DNA of 64,000 nt, taken from Flavobacteriales bacterium (GTDB taxonomy: Bacteria > Bacteroidota > Bacteroidia > Flavobacteriales_F > PHOS-HE28). The stretch covers positions 2,389,894-2,453,893 of the forward strand of contig CP065018.1 of NCBI GenBank assembly GCA_016700415.1, in the 5' to 3' direction. This document shows, piece by piece, positions 19,614-28,593 of the stretch (position 1 is the first letter of the stretch; each line of letters opens with the position of its first letter). The notes below the pieces were generated by a model. It was given only the letters and a program-made list of their open reading frames with translations. It was not told the DNA's origin and did not search any database. Position numbers and translations under genes: made by a program.

Positions 19614-22600
19614 GTGCGCCATCCGCTTTGCATAGCCTTCTGCCTGTTCGCCATTTCGCTGATGGCCACGCAGCCGCCTGCGGCACGGTTCACGCAGAAC
19701 AAGGGCCAATGGCCGGAACAGGTGGCCTATCGCACGTTGGTGCCGGGCGGGGCCTTGTTCGTGGAGCGGAACGCGCTCACCTATACGCTTCATTCCGGAG
19801 GCCCGATGGAGCACCATGGACATGAACATGACGGTCCGCCGGAGCCTGAGCATGCGCATGCCTTCCGCGTTTCCTTCGAAGGGACCTCGGAAGCGATCCC
19901 GTCAGGTGCTTCGGCGCAGGGCTTCTACGAGAACTTTTTCTTGGGAAACGATCCAGCGCATTGGGGCACCGGCTGCTCGGTCTATGGAGAAGTGAAGTTG
20001 AAGGAGTTGTATCCGGGCATCGACCTGCGGATGGACGGAAGCATGGGGCTGAAGTATGACTTCATCGTGGCGCCCGGAAGCGATCCGGTACAGGTGCGCT
20101 TGCGTTTCGACGGGCAGGACGGATTGTCCATAAAGGACGGGCGCTTGTTCGTGAAGACATCCGCAGGCACCGTGATCGAAGAGGCGCCCGTGGCTTACCA
20201 GGAAACAGCTTCGGGCCGAAAAGGCGTGCGCTGCTCCTACCGGCTGAACGGCTCCCACGTCACCTTCGACCTCCCGGACGGTTACGACATTCTACTTCCG
20301 TTGGTGATCGACCCAGTGCTGACCTTCGGCACATACAGCGGCAGCACAGCGAACAATTTCGGCTTCACCGCCACCTATGACGCTGGTGGTCACCTCTACG
20401 GCGGGGGTATCGTATTCAGCGCAGGTTACCCCACCACGGTGGGTGTACTGGACCCCAGCTTCAATGGAGGCACGATCGATATCGGGATCACCAAATTCTC
20501 CCCTGACGGTACCTCACAGATCTGGAGCACCTATATCGGGGGCAGCGGTAATGAGTGCCCGCACAGCTTAGTGGTGAACTCCAACAACGAGCTGTACATG
20601 ATGGGCAGCACCGGATCGGCGGATTTTCCCGCAACTGGCGGAGCCTATGACCAGACCTTCCATGGGGGGGACAACATCAGCGTCACGGCACCAACGTGGG
20701 TGGGCCAGTCCTTCGGCTATGGCTACGGACAAGCCGACGGCACGGACATCGTGCTGGCGCACTTCAGCGCGGACGCCACCTCCTTGACCGCATGCACCTA
20801 CGTGGGCGGAAGCAGCAACGACGGAGTGAACAACGTGCTCCCCTTGTCGCACAACTACGGGGACCATTTTCGCGGGGAAGTGGCCTTGGATGCCTCCGAG
20901 TGGCCCGTGGTGAGCACCTCCACCCAGAGCGCGGACATTCCCGTGAGCGCCAATGCGCCGCAGGCCGTCTTCGGCGGCGGCATCCAGGACGCCTACTTCT
21001 TCCGCATGGATCCCGCACTCACCACATTGCAGGCCACCTTCTACGGCGGTAGCGGCAACGACAGCGGCTATGGCGTGCAGTTCGATTCCAACGGCCAGGT
21101 CTTCACCACGGGCGGCACCACAAGCACCGACCTCACCATGCCCGGCACGCCCTTCCAGGCCACCAACAACGGGAGCGTAGACGGCTATGTGGCGCGTTGG
21201 AGCACCGACCTCGGCAACCTGCTTTCCGCATCCTTCCTCGGCACGTCCGCCTTTGACCAGACCTATTTCGTCCAGGTTGACAATTTCGACGACGTCTACG
21301 TAGTGGGGCAGACCCATGGCAGCTATCCCGTGTCGCCCGGCGTCTATGCCAACCCCGGCAGTTCGCAGTTCATCCAGAAATTGAGCAACGACCTCTCCAC
21401 TTCCATCTGGTCCACGGTGATCGGTTCCGGCGCGGGGAACGAGGACATCTCACCTACGGCCTTCTTGGTAAGCAACTGCGGTCAGATCTACTTCTGCGGT
21501 TGGGGTGGCACCGTGAACCATAACATGGCCGACGCCGGCGCCAGCACCACGGCGAACCTGCCGCTCACTGCGGACGCTTTCCAGACCACCACCGATGGCA
21601 GTGATTTCTACCTGATGCTGCTGGACCCCGATGCGGTCGCGTTGAACTACGCCACCTACTTCGGGGGCGGAACCAGCCCGGAACATGTGGACGGCGGAAC
21701 CTCGCGCTTTGACAAGGACGGAACGGTATATCAGGCCGTTTGTGCGGGTTGTCAAGGCAATGACGATTTCCCCACGACACCCGGAGCTTGGAGCAATACC
21801 AACAACTCTTTCTACTGCAACCTCGGCGTGTTCAAGTTCGAACTGGCCGTGGCGCACGTCACCATCGGCATCGACGGGCCCAACACCATCTGCATCCCCG
21901 GCAGCATCCAGTTCACCAACAGCAGCACCGGTGGGGACACCTATTTATGGGACTTCGGTGATGGCACCACCAGCACGGAACTCGCGCCGGCACATATCTA
22001 TACTACTGAAGGCACCTTCAACGTGAGCATGGTGTTGTCCGACAGCTATGGCTGCACGACTTCGGACTCCTCAGAGATCCAGGTCATCAGTATCGATCCC
22101 ACGGAGGCCGCGGTCGATCTCGTTCCGCCCATCTGTCCCGGTACAGGCATCCAATTGCAGGCTACCGGCGGCACCTCCTGGGCCTGGTCGCCTTCCACCG
22201 GGCTCAGCGCTGACAATATCGCGGACCCCGTGGCCACGCCAGCCAGCGACAGCACCTCCTATCAAGTGATCGCCAGCAGCGACTGCGGCATTGATACCGC
22301 CACGGTGCTCATCACCTGGCTGGACCCTGTCGGTTCCGCGGGCATGGACACGTCCGTATGCCTTGGTTCCGGCATTGCCTTGGATGCCAGCGGTGGCGGG
22401 TCCTATCTCTGGTCGCCCGCAGCGACCTTGTCCGATCCCGGCATCAGCAACCCTGTCGTTTCGCCCGTGACCGATACGCAATATGCGGTGGTCATCACCA
22501 CGCCGGAGGGATGCTCGGTGGAGGACAGTGTGCTGGTGACGGTCTTCACGGACCCGCCGCTGCCCGCATTGACGGACACGGTGATCTGTCCGGGCACATC

Positions 22601-23486
22601 GGTTCAATTGCATGCCGGCGATGCGGTTTGGTATGCTTGGCATGCAGCACCGGGCATCACCGACCTGACGATTCAAGATCCCGATGTTGCACCCTTGGCA
22701 TCTACGACCTACGTGGTTGCCATGACCAACGCCTGTGGAAGCCTTACGGATAGTGCGTTCGTCGGCATTGCCACCGTCGAGGCATTGGCTTGGCCGGACA
22801 CCCTTGTTTGCGCTGGCGCGCCTGTCACCTTGCATGCTTCCGGCGGAACGGTATACGCTTGGTCGCCCACCGGCGTGGATACCGACTCGCTCGTGCTCGA
22901 TCCCGCCGTGGCCGGTACCTATTCCGTGACGATCACCAATGCCTTGGGCTGCACGGCCAGCGCACAGGTCCAGGTGGGCCTGTACCCGGCAGCCACGGTC
23001 ACCGCAGGCTACGAGACCAGCGTCGACTTTGGGAACAGCACCGTGCTCCATGCATTCGGCATCGGCACCTTCCTCTGGTCCCCGGACTCATCGCTCAGTT
23101 GCGACACCTGCGCCTATCCCGTCGCTACGCCCCTTACCACCACCACCTATACCGTGGAGCTTACCGACATGAACGGCTGCAAGGCCACCGACCAAGTGAC
23201 GGTTTTCTTCCGGGGCACCCTGTTCGTTCCGAACACCTTCACGCCCAATGGGGACGGGGTGAACGATCAGTTCTATGCCTTGACGAGCGAAGTGTCCGAG
23301 CTACGCCTGTTGGTCTTCAACCGTTGGGGTGAACAGATCTTCAGCACGGACGAACTGGACGGTGCGTGGGACGGGACTTTCAACGGAAAGGGATCGCCGA
23401 TCGACACCTATGTGTGGCGCGTGGACTACACCGAAACGAACGGCAGCAGTCGCACGGTCTACGGGCACGTGAACCTGGTCAGGTGA
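19614..23486 (+). CDS. giant secreted adhesin-like protein with SBBP beta-propeller repeats, PKD domain and T9SS type-B (gliding-motility CHU_C) sorting domain
   Basis: In-frame GTG/ATG start precedes the signal peptide (RHPLCIAFCLFAISLMA). Repeated SBBP-like motifs (NNELYMMGSTGSADFP, DDVYVVGQT) and a PKD signature (WDFGDGTTS) are present. The C-terminal …TFTPNGDGVNDQF…FNRWGEQIF… matches the type-B sorting domain. The upstream ~90 codons of the track ORF overlap the A2M gene and are rejected. Confidence 0.8.
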   Translation: MRHPLCIAFCLFAISLMATQPPAARFTQNKGQWPEQVAYRTLVPGGALFVERNALTYTLHSGGPMEHHGHEHDGPPEPEHAHAFRVSFEGTSEAIPSGASAQGFYENFFLGNDPAHWGTGCSVYGEVKLKELYPGIDLRMDGSMGLKYDFIVAPGSDPVQVRLRFDGQDGLSIKDGRLFVKTSAGTVIEEAPVAYQETASGRKGVRCSYRLNGSHVTFDLPDGYDILLPLVIDPVLTFGTYSGSTANNFGFTATYDAGGHLYGGGIVFSAGYPTTVGVLDPSFNGGTIDIGITKFSPDGTSQIWSTYIGGSGNECPHSLVVNSNNELYMMGSTGSADFPATGGAYDQTFHGGDNISVTAPTWVGQSFGYGYGQADGTDIVLAHFSADATSLTACTYVGGSSNDGVNNVLPLSHNYGDHFRGEVALDASEWPVVSTSTQSADIPVSANAPQAVFGGGIQDAYFFRMDPALTTLQATFYGGSGNDSGYGVQFDSNGQVFTTGGTTSTDLTMPGTPFQATNNGSVDGYVARWSTDLGNLLSASFLGTSAFDQTYFVQVDNFDDVYVVGQTHGSYPVSPGVYANPGSSQFIQKLSNDLSTSIWSTVIGSGAGNEDISPTAFLVSNCGQIYFCGWGGTVNHNMADAGASTTANLPLTADAFQTTTDGSDFYLMLLDPDAVALNYATYFGGGTSPEHVDGGTSRFDKDGTVYQAVCAGCQGNDDFPTTPGAWSNTNNSFYCNLGVFKFELAVAHVTIGIDGPNTICIPGSIQFTNSSTGGDTYLWDFGDGTTSTELAPAHIYTTEGTFNVSMVLSDSYGCTTSDSSEIQVISIDPTEAAVDLVPPICPGTGIQLQATGGTSWAWSPSTGLSADNIADPVATPASDSTSYQVIASSDCGIDTATVLITWLDPVGSAGMDTSVCLGSGIALDASGGGSYLWSPAATLSDPGISNPVVSPVTDTQYAVVITTPEGCSVEDSVLVTVFTDPPLPALTDTVICPGTSVQLHAGDAVWYAWHAAPGITDLTIQDPDVAPLASTTYVVAMTNACGSLTDSAFVGIATVEALAWPDTLVCAGAPVTLHASGGTVYAWSPTGVDTDSLVLDPAVAGTYSVTITNALGCTASAQVQVGLYPAATVTAGYETSVDFGNSTVLHAFGIGTFLWSPDSSLSCDTCAYPVATPLTTTTYTVELTDMNGCKATDQVTVFFRGTLFVPNTFTPNGDGVNDQFYALTSEVSELRLLVFNRWGEQIFSTDELDGAWDGTFNGKGSPIDTYVWRVDYTETNGSSRTVYGHVNLVR

Positions 23487-24501
23487 ACGCACCGCGTTCC
23501 AAGCCCAGCCATTGCAGGGCCGCACCGCTGAGTACCAGTTCCTTCTGCTTATCGTCCCAAGGCATGGAGCGGACCAGCTGGCCCGGCTGTAGTTCGCCCA
23601 ACGGGAAGGGGTAGTCCGTGCCCAAGGCCACCTTGTCGGCGCCGCAGAGGTCCACGATGTGTTGCAGCAACGCGGGGTCATGCACCAATGAATCGAGCCA
23701 GAACTTGCCTATGTATTCGCGCGGCGGCACCGGATTGTCCACGGCGCAGAGGTCGGGCCTTACATCAAACCCGTGCTGAATGCGGGGGAAGGTACCGGGG
23801 AAGGAGCCGCCACCATGCGCGAAGGCCACACGCAACTTCGGCAGTTTTTCAAACAATCCGCTGAAGATCATGCTGGTGATCGCCAGTGTAGTCTCCATCG
23901 GCATGGCCACCAACCAAGGCATCCAATACTTGTCCGTACGCTCCTTGCCCAGCATGTCCCACGGATGCACGAACACCGCCATGCCCAATTCCTCGCAGGC
24001 TTGGAAAATGGGGAACAAACGTGGTTCGCCGAGGTTCACGTTCTCCACGTGCGTGCCGACCTGGATCCCTTTGAGGCCGATCGCCTTGCAGCGCTCCAGC
24101 TCCTTCACAGCAAGCTCGGGGTCCTGCATGGGCAAGGTGCCTAGGCCGATGAAACGCTTCGGATGCTTTTCCACGATACCCGCGATGTGGTCGTTGAGGA
24201 ACATGGCCAGGTTCAGCGTGTCCTTGGGCTTGGCCCAGTAACTGAACATCACCGGCACGGTGCTGAGCACTTGCACGTGCACCTGGTGCGTGTCGCATTC
24301 GCGCATGCGTACCTCCGGGTCCCACACGTTGGCCTCCACCTCCCGGAAGAACCGGTCGTCCTTCATCATCCGGGCGCAGCCGGGCCGGTGATGGTCCAAG
24401 TGGATGAAGCCGCCATAGCCGAAGCGACGGCCGAAGTCCGGGATGTCCTGCGGCAGGATGTGGGTGTGTATGTCAACGGACAGCAGCTCGGCCATCGGCA
24501 A
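23479..24501 (-). CDS. amidohydrolase-2 family decarboxylase, probable 2-amino-3-carboxymuconate-6-semialdehyde decarboxylase (ACMSD)
   Basis: 340 aa: MAELLSVDIHTHILPQD…HPWDMLG…FAHGGGSFP…ALGTDYPFPLGE. This is the metal-dependent ACMSD/amidohydrolase-2 signature, located 3 nt downstream of HAAO. Confidence 0.8.
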   Translation of the reverse strand: MPMAELLSVDIHTHILPQDIPDFGRRFGYGGFIHLDHHRPGCARMMKDDRFFREVEANVWDPEVRMRECDTHQVHVQVLSTVPVMFSYWAKPKDTLNLAMFLNDHIAGIVEKHPKRFIGLGTLPMQDPELAVKELERCKAIGLKGIQVGTHVENVNLGEPRLFPIFQACEELGMAVFVHPWDMLGKERTDKYWMPWLVAMPMETTLAITSMIFSGLFEKLPKLRVAFAHGGGSFPGTFPRIQHGFDVRPDLCAVDNPVPPREYIGKFWLDSLVHDPALLQHIVDLCGADKVALGTDYPFPLGELQPGQLVRSMPWDDKQKELVLSGAALQWLGLERGAFT

Positions 24502-24504
24502 CGA

Positions 24505-25035
24505 TCAAATGAAGCGTGGGTCGGCCTCCATCACGGTACCGCACTTCCCACAGGTCCGCAGCTTTTCATCCCCGTAGAACTTCCTGAAGCGCGGCAGGAA
24601 ATCCATTTCGATGTCGTTCAGCACGAAGAAATCCTCGTGGAGTTTGTGGTTGCACTTCTCACAGAACCAGAGCAGACCGTCCTTCATTTCGCGGTCGGCG
24701 CGTTTGGCCTCCACCACTAATCCCACGGTATTGGCCGGTCGGCTCGGCGAGTGCGGTGTGCGGGCGGGCAGCAGGAACATTTCACCCTCCCTGATGGGGA
24801 CCTTCACGGCCTTGCCATCTTCCTGGATACCCACTTCGATATCCCCTTCCAACTGCAGGAAAAGCTCCTCGGTCTCGTTCCAGTGGTAGTCCTTGCGTGC
24901 GTTCGGTCCGCCCACCACCATTACGATGAAGTCACCCGCATCAACGTAGAGGTTCTTGTTGCCCACGGGCGGTTTCAGCAGGTCCCGATTGTCGGAAACC
25001 CACTGTTTGAGATTGAAGGGACGGCGGATGGACAT
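24505..25035 (-). CDS. nbaC: 3-hydroxyanthranilate 3,4-dioxygenase
   Basis: Cupin-fold HAAO with a C-terminal rubredoxin-like Cys4 (CEKCNHKL…CGKCGTVM). Start taken at MSIRRPFNLKQWV. Confidence 0.9.
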   Translation of the reverse strand: MSIRRPFNLKQWVSDNRDLLKPPVGNKNLYVDAGDFIVMVVGGPNARKDYHWNETEELFLQLEGDIEVGIQEDGKAVKVPIREGEMFLLPARTPHSPSRPANTVGLVVEAKRADREMKDGLLWFCEKCNHKLHEDFFVLNDIEMDFLPRFRKFYGDEKLRTCGKCGTVMEADPRFI

Positions 25036-25165
25036 GGCAGTGGGATTGGATCCCCGAAAGTACGGCTTCCGATCAGGGGGCATTCACCGTACGGTGGATG
25101 ACCCCTGGGGGGATGACTTACGGAACAGGCGGAGGGCCATGGGACACGCCCTCTACCTTTGAGGC

Positions 25166-25954
25166 ATGAACATTCGACTGGACGGCTTACACGCCCTGAT
25201 AGGCGGCGGCACACAGGGCATCGGCAATGCCACGGCACAGGAAATGGCCCGCTTGGGCGCACACGTCACCCTGTTGGCGCGGGATGAAGTGAAGTTGAAG
25301 GAAGCCGTCGCCGCGCTGGACACTTCCACAAGTCAGCAGCATGGTTTCCTTGTTGCCGACATGGCGGACACCGATGCGCTGAAAGCCGCGATCACCGGGT
25401 ATGTGAAAGCCCACGGCCGGGTGGACATCCTGGTGAACAACACCGGAGGCCCGCCTCCGGGGCTGGCCCATGAGACAACGATCGAAGCGTATGAGCAGGC
25501 CTTCCGTCTGCACCTGCTGGCCTTCCAGACCTTAGTGCTGGCGGTCGTGCCGGGCATGAAGGAGCGCCGCGGTGGGCGCATCATCAATGTGATCAGCACC
25601 AGCGTGAAGGTCCCGTTGCCCAACCTCGGCGTCAGCAACACCGTGCGAGGTGCGGTGGCACAATGGTCCAAGACACTGGCCAACGAGCTGGGGCCGTTCA
25701 ACATCACCGTGAACAACGTGCTACCGGGTGCCACGGCAACGGGACGCTTGAAGGCGATCATCACCAACAAGAGCAAGAAATCCGGTAGCACGGAGGAAGA
25801 GGCTGCACAGGCGATGCTGGATGAGATCCCGTTGCGGCGCTTCGCGGAGCCGGAGGAGACCGCGAACGCCATCTGCTTTCTGGCGGGACCTTCAGGAGCG
25901 TACATCAACGGCGTGAACCTGCCTGTGGACGGCGGACGGACGGGTTGCTTGTGA
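25166..25954 (+). CDS. SDR-family oxidoreductase
   Basis: 262 aa with the GGGTQGIGNAT cofactor motif, NNTG and a YxxxK catalytic region. It resembles 3-oxoacyl-ACP reductase. Confidence 0.85.
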   Translation: MNIRLDGLHALIGGGTQGIGNATAQEMARLGAHVTLLARDEVKLKEAVAALDTSTSQQHGFLVADMADTDALKAAITGYVKAHGRVDILVNNTGGPPPGLAHETTIEAYEQAFRLHLLAFQTLVLAVVPGMKERRGGRIINVISTSVKVPLPNLGVSNTVRGAVAQWSKTLANELGPFNITVNNVLPGATATGRLKAIITNKSKKSGSTEEEAAQAMLDEIPLRRFAEPEETANAICFLAGPSGAYINGVNLPVDGGRTGCL

Positions 25955-26049
25955 GGAGGTGGCTACTATGGGTTTTCAGAAGCCCGTTATGATCGCCCCT
26001 TTTGCTCAATGCCTCCGCCTTGCGGCGGAAGACATTGAGTGAACGCAAC

Positions 26050-26080
26050 AAGGGGCGGCCGCAAAATGCGACCGCCCCTT
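26050..26080. terminator. bidirectional stem-loop terminator between convergent genes
   Basis: AAGGGGCGG…CCGCCCCTT is a 9-bp GC-rich stem with a 13-nt loop, lying between the SDR gene end (25954) and the T9SS cargo gene end (26104). Confidence 0.5.
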
Positions 26081-26103
26081 GGCGTTAGTGGTCGAGGTTC
26101 TCC

Positions 26104-27798
26104 TTACTTGATCATCACCGGACGGCTGCTGATGCCGTTGGCGGTGATCACGCGGAGCGAGTAGGTGCCTTGGGCCAGTTTGCCGTTCAATGGCAAGGTC
26201 ACAGGCTGGTTGGCGGTCATGGACTTCTGGTCCTTGTACACCACGCGGCCGGTCATGTCGGTGAGCTCAAAGTTCACCGTACCGCTCAGGTCGGCACCGC
26301 TGATGGTGATGTCGCCCTGGGTAGGGTTGGGGAACACGCTCACGTCCGTGCTGTTCAGCTCACGCACACCGGTAGCGAGGGTGATATCCACGTGATAGTC
26401 CTCGGTCTCACCATAGAAGTAATCGGTGCAAGCATCCATATCCACTGCGCCATAGACGCCCCGTACACGCAGGCGGGTAATACCCACGGGGGCGTCCACA
26501 GGCACGGTGAAGGGCAATGTGATCACCTCTTGGGGATTGGTCCCATCGAATTCGCCAAGCTTTTCGGTCGCCTGGAAGGTGGAATCGCCGTTGTAATCGA
26601 TCCACGCGGCATAGTAATCATCCCCGTAGTCACCGCTGGAGATCGACAGATTGTAGGAGGCACCCTGCTCCAACATCGTGCTTTGCGCGGTGTAGTCCTC
26701 ATAGGCATTGTCACCTCCGGTGGCATTGTTGATGGAACCCAGTGTAACATTGGAAATGAAATCACCGTCCGTTACGCCGTTGACCGGCTCTGGGATGCAG
26801 TAACCGTACACAACCGCGATCTGGCTCACGCACAAGGTGAACTCACCACCTACGCCATACTGCACGTTCGCATATACGCGGACGAGATAGTCCGTATTGG
26901 CTGTAACGCTCACTTCAACAGGAGCTGCAGGGTTGATCACGCAGGAGATCTCCGCGCCGAAATCGCAGGTGGCTTGCACCGTGAAGGCCCAGTCCGTTCC
27001 ACCGATGTTTGTAAGGTCTACCGACACCACGGTGTCACTGCCTGAATTGAAGCTGTACCAGACATCCTGATAACCATCCGTAGAGCTGTCACAAGAGGGG
27101 TCTCCCGTTGAGTTCACGGAAGAGGAGTTGTTCCCCGTCACCATGGAGGAGGCACAATCACCTGCAGCTGCCACGGTCAACGCCTCAGCGTCAATGCATT
27201 CATCATTGGCGGGAGGGGCGGCGCACGCCGAAGCGGATACCGTGATGGTGTATGGACCAACGGCATTGTTCGCCGAATCCAGCATCACTGCGTAATAGTA
27301 GATTCCAGCAGGAACCCCTGTGTAGAAGAGCGTAAAATTGCCATCTGTACAGGTGGTGTCATTAAAGCTGCCGGCGGCAATGTTTGAGGTGAATGGGCAA
27401 CCTTGGTAGATACTTACAAAGCCGTTCCCGAACGGCGGTGTTGTACCACAATAGGACAGCTCCAGATTGGCGCATTCAGTTGTTGTGAACATCTCCCAAA
27501 CCGCAGGCATGGTCAATCCTTCCCCATTGTCAGTGGCACCAGTATTATCTCCGGAGAAGGTCACGCTTGAGCCTACGGCCAGATCCTGATTCACTGCGCC
27601 TGTGCATTCGTCATTGGTAGGTGCTCCTCCACCACGCTGGGCGTTGGCGGATCCGTGATGAGGCAACGCGGCCACGTTCACCAAGTTAGTGGTCCGGACC
27701 GCGCTTCGGTTCTTCAACGTCAATCTGCTCTGTGCGCCCACGGTTCCACTGAAAAGCAGTGCCGTGGTGGTCAGAACAATACCGTAGATGTTCTTCAT
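26104..27798 (-). CDS. secreted protein with duplicated Cys-containing motif and T9SS type-A C-terminal sorting domain
   Basis: Start at MKNIYGIVLTTTALLFSGTVGAQ. Two copies of a PxNDEC(T/I)xA motif are present. The C-terminal …VSVFPNPTQGDITISGADLS…GTYSLRVITANG…IK is a T9SS CTD. Confidence 0.75.
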   Translation of the reverse strand: MKNIYGIVLTTTALLFSGTVGAQSRLTLKNRSAVRTTNLVNVAALPHHGSANAQRGGGAPTNDECTGAVNQDLAVGSSVTFSGDNTGATDNGEGLTMPAVWEMFTTTECANLELSYCGTTPPFGNGFVSIYQGCPFTSNIAAGSFNDTTCTDGNFTLFYTGVPAGIYYYAVMLDSANNAVGPYTITVSASACAAPPANDECIDAEALTVAAAGDCASSMVTGNNSSSVNSTGDPSCDSSTDGYQDVWYSFNSGSDTVVSVDLTNIGGTDWAFTVQATCDFGAEISCVINPAAPVEVSVTANTDYLVRVYANVQYGVGGEFTLCVSQIAVVYGYCIPEPVNGVTDGDFISNVTLGSINNATGGDNAYEDYTAQSTMLEQGASYNLSISSGDYGDDYYAAWIDYNGDSTFQATEKLGEFDGTNPQEVITLPFTVPVDAPVGITRLRVRGVYGAVDMDACTDYFYGETEDYHVDITLATGVRELNSTDVSVFPNPTQGDITISGADLSGTVNFELTDMTGRVVYKDQKSMTANQPVTLPLNGKLAQGTYSLRVITANGISSRPVMIK

Positions 27799-27891
27799 GT
27801 TGGGTGTTTTAGGTGAGTTGGGCCACAAAGATGCACGAAATGGGTTGCCGCTTGGCAAAAAAATACAGTAGCGCCAACAACCCCTGCCACT

Positions 27892-28593
27892 TCAACCGGC
27901 CGGCACCACCAGCCGGAACCCTTTCCCATGCACATTGGCGACCTCCACCTCGGGATCGTCCGCCACATACTTGCGCAATTTGGCGATGTACACGTCCATG
28001 CTCCTGCCGTTGAAGTAGTTATCGTCCCCCCACACGGTGCGCAACGCTGTGGACCGCTCCAGCACGGTGTTGGCGTTCTCGCAGAGCAGGCGCAATAGGT
28101 CGTTCTCCTTCGTGGTGAGCCTGCGCTCTCCTTCCGGGCCCGTGAGCAGTTGCTTGCGCGCATCGAACGTGTATCGCCCCAGATTGAAGGTGGTATTGCG
28201 TTCGGGCAGCGGTTCCACGCCACGCGCCCGGCGGAGCACCGCCGCGATGCGCAACAACAGCTCCTCCATGCTGAAAGGCTTGGTGAGGTAGTCGTCCGCC
28301 CCGGACTCGAACCCGGTGATGGTATCCTTCCGCATGTTCTTGGCGGTGAGGAAAATGATGGGGGTTTCCGTATCGTTCTTCCGGATCTCCCGCGCCAAGG
28401 TGAACCCGTCCTTCAGGGGCATCATCACGTCCAGCAGCAACAGGTCGAACTTGGACTTCTTGTAAGCCGCCAGTCCTTGGTCGCCGTCCACGCAGAGCTC
28501 CACCTCGTAGTCCTTTGCCTTCAGGTATTGGGCGAGCAAGGTGCCCAAGTTGGGGTCATCCTCGCACAGCAGCAGTCTCGTGTTGTTCTCCAT
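27892..28593 (-). CDS. OmpR-family response regulator transcription factor
   Basis: Start MENNTRLLLCEDDPNLGTLL… (receiver; phospho-acceptor Asp in DLLLLDVMMP), followed by a winged-helix trans_reg_C domain (…SMDVYIAKLRKYV…). Confidence 0.9.
   Translation of the reverse strand: MENNTRLLLCEDDPNLGTLLAQYLKAKDYEVELCVDGDQGLAAYKKSKFDLLLLDVMMPLKDGFTLAREIRKNDTETPIIFLTAKNMRKDTITGFESGADDYLTKPFSMEELLLRIAAVLRRARGVEPLPERNTTFNLGRYTFDARKQLLTGPEGERRLTTKENDLLRLLCENANTVLERSTALRTVWGDDNYFNGRSMDVYIAKLRKYVADDPEVEVANVHGKGFRLVVPAG

Noticed and set aside
20568-23051. ORFs 20568..21317 (-) and 22071..23051 (-)
   Set aside because: They are antisense to the T9SS type-B adhesin gene. Their translations are Gly/Ala/Arg-rich low-complexity sequence.
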